The notes beneath the pieces were generated by a model. That model saw nothing but the letters and a program-made list of their open reading frames with translations, made no database searches and was not told the DNA's origin. Source: Octopus sinensis (taxonomy: Eukaryota). From it: a stretch of DNA of 41,460 nucleotides. The position numbers and the translations under genes are program-made. How positions within the stretch are numbered: position 1 is the stretch's first letter; the number at the start of each line of letters is the position of its first letter. The stretch is from positions 1 through 41,460 of the forward strand of contig NW_021835273.1 in assembly GCF_006345805.1 (NCBI RefSeq). The letters run 5' to 3'. Shown here piece by piece: positions 22,636-33,948 of this stretch.

Positions 22636-22694
22636 CTTCTTCAGTTGTAACCTGATGTCATGCAGTTTCGGCACATGAAGATGAAGACTTCTAC

Positions 22695-22695
<1 letters not shown>
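22636..22695. repeat. ~60-bp dispersed repeat, copy 1
   Basis: TCAGTTGTAACCTGATGTCATGCAGTTTC(G/A)GCACATGAA...GAAGACTTCTAC recurs at 23697-23758. Confidence 0.85.
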
Positions 22696-22696
<1 letters not shown>

Positions 22697-22771
<75 letters not shown>

Positions 22772-22790
22772 GCACACACACACACACACA
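22697..22790. repeat. (CA)n microsatellite
   Basis: Direct reading. Confidence 0.95.
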
Positions 22791-23309
22791 CACTCAACAC
22801 ACGCACACATAGTCAGAGCGGCTCGCTCAAATACGCACGCACACACGTACATACATACATACATACAAGCTCACACACAAAGACAGACACACATTCACAT
22901 TAAGAGACTATGCACTACAGTCTTAGCCTGATCTATAACTGCCTGTTGTATTTATAGCACCTGAATAAAGTTACATGCAATTCAGTGGGGTCAGAAGCCA
23001 GATGCATGTTCTCTGGAAAGCAGGAGTTAAAAGTCATCATGAGACCCCCTATCTCTTGTTTCCGCACATCATAAGCATAAAAGAAATCTGTTTACATTTG
23101 TTTTTATCTCACAATGAGGGTGTTTCTAACACTCTAGTCGTATTTAGTGACAATTATTGTCTACCGCTTTGGTAAAACCTTACACAGTGTTGTCTATATT
23201 AATTTCTTGTATACATATTAACGACTTGTTAAGTCACCCATATATTTTCATGGTGAAAACATATATACTAACAGAGAATTCGGTCCGGAAATAGCTTAAG
23301 TCGAGCGGT

Positions 23310-23353
23310 CCTTGCTGATGAGGCAACGGAAATTGCCGAAACTGATCGGTAAG
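23310..23353 (+). ncRNA. Minimal type I hammerhead ribozyme motif (HHR-D)
   Basis: CCTTG-CTGATGA-GGCAA-CGGAAA-TTGCC-GAA-ACTGATCGGT-A-AG: perfect core and stem II, near-palindromic stem III, GUA triplet; stem I is weak. Confidence 0.8.
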
Positions 23354-23543
23354 TATAGGGAATTCGCGATCGGTGTTTTCGGACTACTGTCAGTATATAT
23401 GTATACAATTGTGTGCTTTGACTACAGCATTAGAGCATTTTAGCTATGTCTCAGCAACGTAGGTGTTTCTTACCCTCAAGTCATACTTAATGAAAATTAT
23501 AGTTTTCCTTTTTCGTAAAATATTGCCCACTGCCGTCGTTAAT

Positions 23544-23583
<40 letters not shown>

Positions 23584-23696
23584 CTTTATACACACGCACA
23601 CATAAACATACATATTTATATAGATGCGGACATATGCATGTGCGAGTACGTGTGATTTGTAATACACACAGGCGCACACACATACATACGTAGGTA

Positions 23697-23758
23697 CTTC
23701 TTCATCAGTTGTAACCTGATGTCATGCAGTTTCAGCACATGAACACGAAGACTTCTAC
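23697..23758. repeat. ~60-bp dispersed repeat, copy 2
   Basis: Direct repeat of 22636-22695. Confidence 0.85.
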
Positions 23759-24084
23759 CTTTACCGTGACTATGGAACTACAGAAAAAAAATACAGCAGG
23801 AGAATGTTGAGAGGAAACAGAACATGGACAATGAGACGCGGGAGAGGATTTATGGTACCAGCGTGTAAGAAGACAATAGCTGTTTGAGAATATGCTACTA
23901 AACATGAAGAAAAAACAAAGTGGGACGACATCTATTAGAGTCTTTCGACCTCATAGATACGAATAATAAAGACTAACAGTACACATAGTAAATGGAGGTG
24001 AACAGATAGCTTAGACGCACATACACATAATGCATATATGTATGTCTACATGTATATAATATATATGTGTATATAAATATAAAA

Positions 24085-24135
<51 letters not shown>

Positions 24136-24510
24136 GTGTGTATGCATATATTTTAAATATATTTATATAGACACGAACCCCATATATGTATGTATGTTTG
24201 TCTATAAGTGTGTATGTAGATAGATATCTCTATGCATGAGAGGGAGAAAAAGAGAAAGAGAAAGAAAAAGAGACGGGGAGAAAGAGGAAGAGTGAGGGGA
24301 ATAGAGAGAGAGAGAGAGGGGGGAAGGAAGGAAGGGAGAGACCTCTTTCCACAACTAATCACCCACCTAATAACCTATTTATTAAAATCTTTATATATCC
24401 AGGTTTCTCCTATCTTCTATAGAAATAAATGAATTTCTTCAAGACATCAAAAGAAGAAATTTTAACAAGAACAACAGCAAAAACAGTAAAAACAGTATGC
24501 TCCCCATACA

Positions 24511-24524
24511 GAAATAATAATAGC

Positions 24525-24610
<86 letters not shown>

Positions 24611-24821
24611 TAATAATAATAATAATGATAATAATAATGATAATAATAATGATAATAATAATAATAATAATGATAATAATAATGATAATAATAATGATAA
24701 TAATAATGATAATAATAATGATAATAATGATAATAATAATGATAATAATAATAAAATAATAATAATAATAATGATAATGATAATAATAATAATAATGATA
24801 ATAACAATGATAATGATGATG

Positions 24822-24864
<43 letters not shown>

Positions 24865-25076
24865 TAATAATAATAATAATGATAATAATAATGATAATAA
24901 TAATGATAATAATAATAATAATAATGATAATAATAATGATAATAATAATGATAATAATGATAATAATAATAATAATAATAATAATAATATAATAATAATG
25001 ATAATAATAATAATAATGATAATATAATGATAATAATAATGATATAATAATGAATAATAATAATAATAATGATAAG

Positions 25077-25109
<33 letters not shown>

Positions 25110-25135
25110 TATAATAATAATAATGATAATAATAA

Positions 25136-25175
<40 letters not shown>

Positions 25176-25251
25176 TGATAATAATGATAATAATATAATA
25201 TAATAATAATAATGATAATAATAATGATAATAATAATGATAATAATAATGA

Positions 25252-25311
<60 letters not shown>

Positions 25312-25440
25312 TAATAATAATAAATAATAATAATAATATAATAATAATAATAAAATGATAATAATAATAATAATAATAATATAATAATAATAAATAATAA
25401 TAATAATAATAACAACAACAACAACAACAGCAACAACAAT
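24511..25440. repeat. ~0.9-kb interrupted (AAT)n/(GAT) array ending in (AAC)n
   Basis: Direct reading; it accounts for the 353-, 187- and most of the 420-aa ORFs. Confidence 0.97.
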
Positions 25441-25696
25441 ATATGCGAAGCTTTTCCCGTTCGAATTCCAATCAGCGTGAAGGAAGCGATTGCAACTTGT
25501 GTCATCTGATTTCGAGAAGATAACTGCGGAAGCTGTGTGCGATGTAGCGATGACTGTTGGGGAGTGTGTAGCCGTAGCTGGGGCTGGCTGGCTGGGGTCG
25601 GGATTGGGCAGCGTCGTCAGTGAATGTGCTGCTGTGGGCGTCGTTGTTGTTGTTGTTGTTTGGTTGGTGGGCTCAAAGTGACTTTCTATATCGGCT
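25441..25696 (-). other. Candidate coding exon (Thr/Pro/Ser-rich), unverified
   Basis: GC/CpG-richer island; acceptor-like CTAATCCGTTGTCAG just upstream; one open frame ADIESHFEPTNQTTTTTTTPTAAHSLTTLPNPDPSQPAPATATHSPTVIATSHTASAVIFSKSDDTSCNRFLHADWNSNGKSFAY. No strong donor site. Confidence 0.25.
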
Positions 25697-26099
25697 GACA
25701 ACGGATTAGTTTGAAAACTCTTAATGATGGCATCAGCTATAGAATGGAATTAATTGATTTCTTTTATAGTCTGGGAATTGGTTTTTCGGGGGAGGGGGAG
25801 GGGGGAGGGGGAAGTGGCACGGGTTGGGATTGCATGGGGGTGGTGGTGCAGTGGGAGTCGGAGATGGAGTGGGTTTTGGGTAGAGGTACTGATTGTGAAA
25901 TTCGGTGTTTGTTATCTTTGTTGAACAATAACACATTAAAGCCAGAATTATGGGAGCCTATACATGCATACATGTATATAAAAGATAGAAACACACTCAC
26001 ACACACACACAAAACCACACAGAAGAACACTGAAACACGCATAAGCACACACTATCCATACATAATACATACACACACCCATACATAAATCTTTTTACA

Positions 26100-26199
26100 T
26101 ATACATTACTATTAACATTATTATACAGATGTATATATGCATGTGTGCATATACACATACATAAATACATACATATACATATATATATACACACACACA

Positions 26200-26265
<66 letters not shown>

Positions 26266-26460
26266 CATACATACATATATAAGTATGTATGTATTTATGT
26301 ATGTATATATGTACACATGCATATATGCATTTGTATAATAATGTTAATAGTAATGTATATGTAAAAAGATTTATGTATGGGTGTGTGTATGTGTGTGAGT
26401 GTGTGTGTATGTATGCATGCATTTATGTATTTATGTATGTAATGTATATCTATCTACCTA
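26100..26460. repeat. (TA)/(TACA)/(TATG) compound array, partly inverted
   Basis: Direct reading. Confidence 0.85.
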
Positions 26461-26776
26461 TCTATCTGGTAGTATAATGTAATATAATACATCCCCACAC
26501 TCAGAGCGTAGCATAAAATCGACATTGAAAAGTGTATGTATATGCTTGCCTGTATGTGTGTGTGTGTGTGTGTTACATTTCTGTTTAAATTTACGTGTAT
26601 GCGCTTGAACGTAGGAAGAGACAGTCTCGAGGAAGGAGAGAGAGAGAGAAAATGAGATATGCGTGTCCTTGTATGAATGGGCTTTTTTCTTTCACTGTGT
26701 GCGTATATGTGTGTGGGCGTATGCACTCAGTTGTATGCTTGACTAACTGATTAGTCTTATTTCTGTCTCTCTCATT

Positions 26777-26779
<3 letters not shown>

Positions 26780-26812
<33 letters not shown>

Positions 26813-26852
26813 CCCTGTCTATCTGTCTATCTATCTATCTATCTATCTATCA

Positions 26853-26918
<66 letters not shown>

Positions 26919-26927
26919 ATCTATCTA

Positions 26928-27010
<83 letters not shown>

Positions 27011-27094
27011 ATCTATCTATATCTATCTATCCATCTATCTATCTATCTATCTATCTATCTATATCTATCTATATCTATCTATATCTATCTATCC

Positions 27095-27153
<59 letters not shown>

Positions 27154-27163
27154 CATCCATCCA

Positions 27164-27235
<72 letters not shown>
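26780..27235. repeat. (TC)n and (TCTA)n array
   Basis: Direct reading. Confidence 0.95.
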
Positions 27236-27964
27236 GATCGATCGATCCCTTTCGATCCCTGCCTAATTTTTTCAACACAATACCATGAAATTCATTTTCT
27301 AAAATGAATACGGCTGCAATAACAATTGTAAGAGTGAGAACAGCATCAACAACCACTACAAGAATCATGGCAATGAAGGCAACAACAATAGCAACAACTG
27401 CATCATCATCATCATCAACAACAACCACCACAACAACAACAACAACAACTGTCATGTGAGTTTTACTTACACTAGAATTATGAAACTGCGAAACATTTAG
27501 CTATTTGTGCATATCCTCATCACCTCCATAGCAAAGCGATAATGAAACGCTTTTTTATATCTTTCTCATTCAGCGTAGAATATTTTATCACATTTAGTAG
27601 AATACAAACAATTTGTTTGGTTTGATTTGAATTGCAATAAATTAACAAAACTAGAACGTGGCTTATTGATTATTGATTACTAAAGAAATAGCTAAATATT
27701 TTATTGACCTAGCTCGAGTAGTGCTACTTCAAAATATTTTGCCGTGTGGGAGAATTTGAATTCAACCGCTCCTTTTTTTTCACCCCTACATTGTAAACAA
27801 GAAACACGCACCAACGCCTTCTGTGCATTTCCTAATACACAGTCGTTCCCATCCAGTAGGTTGTGGTGTTATGGTGGCTTGTGCGACCAGACTCGGTGTA
27901 CTGTAAAAATTATTGTTTTTAATTGATTTTTAACATAGTCACAAAGAAGACAATGTTGAGTGTA

Positions 27965-28071
27965 AGGAGGTTTAGTCGATTTCAATAGCCTCAGTAATTG
28001 GCTGGTATGTCATTTTGTTGACCCCGAAAGGAGAAAACACAAAGTTAACTTCTGCGAGATTTGAACTCAGA

Positions 28072-28072
<1 letters not shown>
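27965..28072 (-). mobile_element. SINE family 2 body (first half of a split copy)
   Basis: TTAGTCGATTTC...TTGACCCCGAAAGGA...AAAGTTAACTT...GATTTGAACTCAGAA; the alignment resumes at 28890. Confidence 0.75.
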
Positions 28073-28152
<80 letters not shown>

Positions 28153-28153
28153 A

Positions 28154-28752
28154 ATAAATGCCCTGATGCAGTATAAATGCCCTGATGCAGTATAAATGCC
28201 CTGATGCAGTACCAGGCAGTGGCTCTCATGGCTTCTGATCTTAACTGATTAGAAGTGTTATCATGTACATTGTTTTGTCTTGGTATAAAAGATGGGCTAC
28301 AGCAAATATTCTGCTCAATACCACAGATTTGCTTGTCAGTTGTTTGACCTTAACCAGTTGAGCATGTCCCTTAGTGGCTGACGATATGTGCATCTCTGAT
28401 CACGAGCAGAAGTAGTGGGGGAGCATCATAGCCATGTGTTGAGAGGGATTCTTTGGGGTTTGAATAATTCACCTCTGGAAACATGGGTGGTTCTTTCAAC
28501 ATCCTTAAACAACCCTTATTCAGGGACCTTTTGAGCGGGATGGGCTACTCAACCTGAAGAAAATTCTAACTGGGCCCCCACCTGCAAGGTCATGTGCTGT
28601 TTATCTTGATATGAGATCACCATGTCGCGCACATATGGTTGTGATGCATGTGCCTGGTGTATCTTTATCAGACGGGTAGTCATGATGGGTATATTGGGCT
28701 TCGTATATTTTACCCCGGTGTCACTTTGATGGCATGCACTGCTCTCTCACTC
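28154..28752 (+). mobile_element. 3' end of (AAT)n-tailed LINE (possibly Dong/R4-like) with a triplicated 19-bp 5' junction
   Basis: Near-identical to 6139-6648 but longer at the 5' end; flanked by (AAT)n at 28072-28157 and (AAT)n/(AAG)n at 28753-28875. Confidence 0.75.
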
Positions 28753-28799
<47 letters not shown>

Positions 28800-28889
28800 G
28801 AAGAAGAAGAAGAAGAAGAAGAAGAGAAGAAGAAGAAGAAGAAGAAGAAGAAGAAGAAGAAGAAGAAGAAGAAGAATAAAGAAAGAATA

Positions 28890-28943
28890 CGGAAGAAACA
28901 CCGCAAAGTATTTTGCCCGGCGCTCTAACGATTTAAGTAGCTC
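28890..28943 (-). mobile_element. SINE family 2 head (second half of the split copy)
   Basis: CGGAAGAAACACCGCAAAGTATTTTGCCCGGCGCTCTAACGATT aligns to 3145-3190. Confidence 0.75.
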
Positions 28944-29160
28944 TTTTACTGTTTACTCGTTTACTTGTTTCAGTCATTTGACTGCGGCCATGCTGGAGCA
29001 CCGCCTTTAGTCGAGCAACTCGACCCCGGGACTTATTCTTTTTTGTAAGCCCAGTATTTATTCTATCGGTGTCTTTTTGCCGAACTGCTAAGTGACGGGG
29101 ACATAAACACACCAGCATCGGTTGTCAAGCAATGCTAAGGGAACAAACACAGACACACAA

Positions 29161-29191
<31 letters not shown>

Positions 29192-29363
29192 CATATATAC
29201 GACAGGCTTCTTTCAGTTTCCGTCTACCAAATCCACTCACAAGGCATTGGTCGGCGCGTGGCTATAGCAGAAGACACTTGCCCAAGATGCAACGCAGTGG
29301 GACTGAACCCGGAACCATGTGGTCGGTTAGTAAGCTACTTACCACACAGCCACACCTGCGCCT
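28944..29363 (-). mobile_element. SINE family 1, full-length copy
   Basis: Reverse complement of 598-1007 at high identity. Confidence 0.93.
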
Positions 29364-29389
29364 TTCATAATGATTTTTTTCTCTTTTAA

Positions 29390-29550
29390 GCACAAGGCCG
29401 GCAGTTTTAGAGAAAGGTATTGATCTTAGTACTTGTGCGGTACTTCATTTCTACAGCTCTTAAAGCATGGAATGTGAAGCTGGATTTGAACTCCAAACCT
29501 AGAGTTGCGCATATAAATGCCGTATAATCTTTTGTCTGACATTCTAAGTA
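29390..29550 (-). mobile_element. SINE family 2, old degenerate copy
   Basis: GGTACTTCATTT...GGATTTGAACTCC...ATAAATGCCG...CTGACATTCTAAG. Confidence 0.5.
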
Positions 29551-29954
29551 TTCTTCTAATTCAACACATTTACTCTGTAAAAATAGTAGCTAGAATTTAC
29601 ACTCAATGCCAGCAATTTTGAAGGAAGGGAATTAATTCTTCCTTCTCGGTGACAGTGTGTTCTACACGCTCAGCTTATTGGCCTACGGGTTTCTGGGTTG
29701 AAGAAATATTTATATTTTGTGTATGAACTTGCCTGGAAGTATAAACGAAGCCAACAGCTTGGTTTACGCTGAATAGTCCTGGTGCTGCTTGTCGAGGCTA
29801 CTGAACACACTGTCGTAAATAAGAGAAATTATTCTCCTATGACGAACACTTCAGCGACAAGCATATTTTGCCATCCAAATGGCTAATATATACGCTAGCG
29901 GTTAGGAACGTAAGAAGAAGGTGCTCACCACAGAGAGTGTGGAAACTAACTGGA

Positions 29955-30070
29955 TACATGCGTGGCTGTATGTTAAGAAGTATACTTCTTACTGGGATCG
30001 ATCTGTCCGGCTAAAGCCGTAAAAGCAGTGCTCCAGCATGGCTGTAGTCTAATGATTGAAAAAAGGTAAA
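29955..30070 (+). mobile_element. SINE family 1, internally deleted (head joined to tail)
   Basis: GCGTGGCTGTATGTTAAGAAG joined to GGGATCGAT...GTGCTCCAGCATGGCTGTAGTCTAATGATTGAAA. Confidence 0.6.
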
Positions 30071-30094
30071 AAAAAAGAATAAAAAATGTGTGCG

Positions 30095-30099
<5 letters not shown>

Positions 30100-30178
<79 letters not shown>

Positions 30179-30238
30179 CAAAAACAAGCAAGCAAACAAA
30201 CAAACACACACACACACACTCTCTCTCTCTCTCTCTCT

Positions 30239-30285
<47 letters not shown>

Positions 30286-30290
30286 ACTCA
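30100..30290. repeat. (TCTA)/(CA)/(TC) compound microsatellite
   Basis: Direct reading. Confidence 0.9.
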
Positions 30291-30319
30291 TACATACAAG
30301 CACATTCTTTCATTTGTTT

Positions 30320-30560
30320 TTCTTATTACTTGTTTCAGTCATTTGACTGCAGCCATGCTGGAACCCGGCCTTGAAAGATCTTCGTCGAACAAATCGACCC
30401 CATGACATTCTTTGTAAGCCTAGCACTTATTCTATAGGATACATTTGCCAAAACGCTAAGTTATCGGGACGTAAACACACCAACACCGGTCGTCAAGAGG
30501 TGATGGGTAACAAGCATAGAAACAAAGACACAAACACACGCATAGATATATACATACATA
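30320..30560 (-). mobile_element. SINE family 1, 3' half
   Basis: TTACTTGTTTCAGTCATTTGACTGCAGCCATGCTGG...CGTAAACACACC. Confidence 0.85.
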
Positions 30561-30654
30561 CAGTAGTAGTTGTAGTAGTAATGGTGGTGGTCATTGCTAA
30601 GCCTCATACAACAGACAAGAGAAAACGAATTCTATTTGTGATCCCCTAAATTTT

Positions 30655-30960
30655 GTCATGGTCATCCCACCACCTACCTTAAACAAGGCTGCGCAGGCGG
30701 TGTTCCTGTTTAGTGTCTATGGGAGACGAGGCTGAAAGGATTGAAGAAAAACAATTTCCTTTCCGGACAAGCCTTCGACTTCTTTTAAGTTCCACTAGGA
30801 AAAGAAAGTGAGAGTGGAGGGGGAAGTGCTATTTGGTGAATATTTTGGAAATTTAAGTGACTGTGGTAAAATGCTTAGAGAGCGCACGTAGATCGAAGAA
30901 CAGTAATTGGGAGAAGGGTTGTGCCTTTGATTGTCGAGGTAAACCTAGATCTGTGGGGTT
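30655..30960 (+). mobile_element. Old Tx1-type LINE ORF2 3' fragment
   Basis: WETRLKGLKKNNFLSGQ...FFKFH..RKVRVE aligns to 36900-37020. Confidence 0.7.
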
Positions 30961-31087
30961 CCTTGATTGGCCCTAGTTTGCGTTTCTCCTGTACCAGGAG
31001 AACTGCATCATTCATGTTGCTTCTGACTTTATATTCTTATGTATACTAGTATTTCATTTCACTGTCTTTTCCCATTTTGTTTTTCCT

Positions 31088-31088
<1 letters not shown>

Positions 31089-31158
<70 letters not shown>

Positions 31159-31203
31159 TACTACTACTACTACTATTACTACTACTAGTAGTAGTAGTAG
31201 TAG
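31089..31203. repeat. (CTA)n/(TAG)n inverted microsatellite
   Basis: Direct reading. Confidence 0.95.
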
Positions 31204-32030
31204 TGGAAGCTGAACGCATCATTCCAAGCGTATCTAGCTTATGGACACTCGTTGAGTGGGGAGTCGGCATGCGCCGTAGCTAATAAAGCTAAGGCTGCAA
31301 CATTCTCCAGCGATTCTTGACGGTGAGCATGTGTGGTCGCCGTTTGTCAGACTCTCATTTCCGCATCTTGTTTTTTTCTGAGTTGTATAATTGGATCAAT
31401 CGAAGACCGAGGCGGGATACTTGACACCTACAATGTTGCCAGGCCCTCCAAGCTCTCTGCCACTCTGGCAATGCGATCGGTGGAAGTTACACCTTGGCGT
31501 TCTATAGACGTTCAGTATTGCTAACTTGTGGGTTTACCTCGAACACCTACTATTGCGAGTGAGACAGATCCCACTATCGGTTCATTCTATTGTTAGGATA
31601 TCCCGCCACGTTTTGGCCGGGAAGGACAAGCAGTGTTATCTGTCTTCCACTTTGGCTAAGCTCTCATCGACATTTTAAAATTTCACTTGAAAAGGAAGGC
31701 AAAGGGGAAAAGGCAAGTGCTACCTTCAAACTAATTTGTTGAAAGGTGGGTGAATGTCACAAAGATGGGGTGACTAAACGGGCTTTCTCTGAGCATGCAA
31801 GGGTAGATTGAGCAAGAAGGATGAAAAGGGTGACCCTGGTTTTATGGGGTTTCCACTATCAGCTCTCAGAAGTCCCTCTGCCCACATTTGTGGAACTCTA
31901 TTGTTTGAATATTTTGTCTCATTTTCTTATTCATTTGTTTAAACACCTTCATATAATCCGTCATTATCTTATGCCGTGTTGTATTGTTCTGCACTATCCT
32001 TTGTGTGTAAACCCTCAGTGGTAAATAAAT
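31203..32030 (+). mobile_element. Old 5'-truncated Tx1-type LINE with its 3' end, followed by (TTC)n
   Basis: GACGGTGAGCATGTGTGGTCGCCGTTTGT matches 36290-36318; TTTCACTTGAAAAGGAAG...GGTGGGTGAATGT matches 36975-37050; terminal TGTGTGTAAACCCTCAGTGGTAAATAAA resembles 37459-37485. Confidence 0.75.
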
Positions 32031-32178
32031 TCTTCTTCTTCTTCTTTTTCTTCTTCTTTTTCTTCTTCTTCTTATTCTTCTTCTTCTTCTTCTTCTCCTC
32101 CTCCTCCCCCTCCTCCTCCTTCTTCTTCTTCTTCTTCTTCTCCTCTTCCTCCTCCTCCTCCTCCTCCTTCTTCTTCTT
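32030..32178. repeat. (TTC)n/(TCC)n array
   Basis: Direct reading. Confidence 0.95.
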
Positions 32179-32564
32179 AGTTGTGCATGTAGTTGTTGTG
32201 ATGGTGGCGAGGGCGATTAAAATTTATGATGACGTGGTGTGTTCTAGTTGTTGTTACTGTGTTGTAGTAAGCAATCGTAGAAATAACCGTAGCAGTGGTG
32301 ACTGCACCTCACCTGCAGCAACACCAGCAGCTGCTGTTGTTGAGGTTGCCAGCGGCAGTAGTTATCCAATAAACCATTAAACAAACTATAAATTATCGTC
32401 TTTTCACTCCACATTGTTTTCAAAATGGCATCTGAACAAATAAATATATCGTTGATTTTTTTTTTATATATTTTAAAAACTGGTCTCTATAATTGGGTAA
32501 ATGTTTATTAATTCACCAATCATTAAACATTGTCACATATTGTTATCAACCACACACACACACA

Positions 32565-32636
<72 letters not shown>

Positions 32637-32859
32637 GCACAGGTACTATAACATCAGTATTACCTATTTTCTTCAAGTATTCTCACCGCCTCGTCCTTCG
32701 CATGCTATCATTCCATTCAGTGCTACATAATACTTTCAACTCCTCAGGTCTCTAACTTTTCAACAATTTTTACAATTTCCCCAACTTCCTTCGTTCCTGA
32801 AGCTGCTGTCTTCGCAGTTCTTTGTTTTGTCTCATTTCCCTACCTCCCACTTTCTCTAA

Positions 32860-33330
32860 ACATACATACATACATACATACATAATACATGCATACAAAA
32901 TAGCATACATGCATACATATACACATACATAACTGGAACTGTAAAAAATCTGTAAAACTTTCCAGAAGTTTTTCATTTAAATATATATGATCATGTCTAG
33001 GAATGTAATTCCATGCATGAAAATACATGCATAAAACATATATCTATTCATACATACATACATACATACATACATGCATAAAAACGTATATGCATGCATA
33101 CATACATACATTCAAACGTACATGCATACAAACATACAAACATACATACATACATACATACATACAAACGTACATGCATGCATACATACATACATACAAA
33201 CATACATACATACAAACGTACTTGCATGCATACATACATACATACATACATACATGCATGCATACATACATACATACATACATACATACATACATACATA
33301 CATACATACATGCATACATACATACATACA
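32860..33330. repeat. (TACA)/(TGCA) tetranucleotide array
   Basis: Direct reading. Confidence 0.9.
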
Positions 33331-33461
33331 AACAAAAATATCCTGTTGTTGGTGTTGAAATTCCAATGAAGAAATCTTGGATCTCGTAGGTTAGAAACCG
33401 ATTCTTTCTCTATTGGCACGGAATCTTGAAATAAACGGAATAATGACATACACAAATACAT

Positions 33462-33870
33462 ACAGGCATGGTTATGTGGTAAGAAGTTTGCTTCCCAACA
33501 ACACGGCTCCAGGTTCAGTCCCACTGTATGGCATATTGGACAAGTTTCTTGTCCAATAGCCTCAGCCTGACCAAAGCCTCATGAGTGGATATGGTAGACT
33601 GACACTGAAAGCAGCTCATCGTATGTACGGATGTATGAATATATCTATGTGTATTTGTGCCTTTGTGTTTGTGCATGCCCCCTATCATCACTTAACAACC
33701 GGTGTGAACTTGTTTACGTAACCGTAACCTAGCTGTTCAACAAAAGAGGCCGATAAAATACGTATCAGGCTTTAATAAATTAAGTATTGAGCCGAAATCG
33801 TTCGACTAACCCCTTCAAATGTGGTACCTCAATATGGCCACAATCTAATAACTGAAAGAACTAAAAGATT
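33462..33870 (+). mobile_element. SINE family 1, old full-length copy
   Basis: GGCATGGTTATGTGGTAAGAAG...GGTTCAGTCCCACTG...TAATAACTGAAAGAACTAAAAGA is colinear with 598-1007. Confidence 0.8.
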
Positions 33871-33905
33871 ATCTCTCTCTCCCTCTCTCACTCTTTATCT
33901 ATTTT

Positions 33906-33947
<42 letters not shown>

Positions 33948-33948
<1 letters not shown>

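Noticed and set aside
22636-22695. GAAAC...CTGAAGA on the minus strand as a type II hammerhead (also at 23697-23758)
   Set aside because: Stems I and III cannot both close in the 21 nt between the boxes, there is no valid NUH, and the apparent stem II partner belongs to the adjacent SINE.
24410-25471. 353-aa and 420-aa ORFs, and the many other poly-I/Y/L/N/V/T/H ORFs in the track
   Set aside because: They are translations of microsatellites that lack stop codons in that frame.
28072-28210. Tandem 19-mers or other short repeats as a CRISPR-like array
   Set aside because: No spacers, eukaryotic context, and better explained as a retrotransposon junction duplication.
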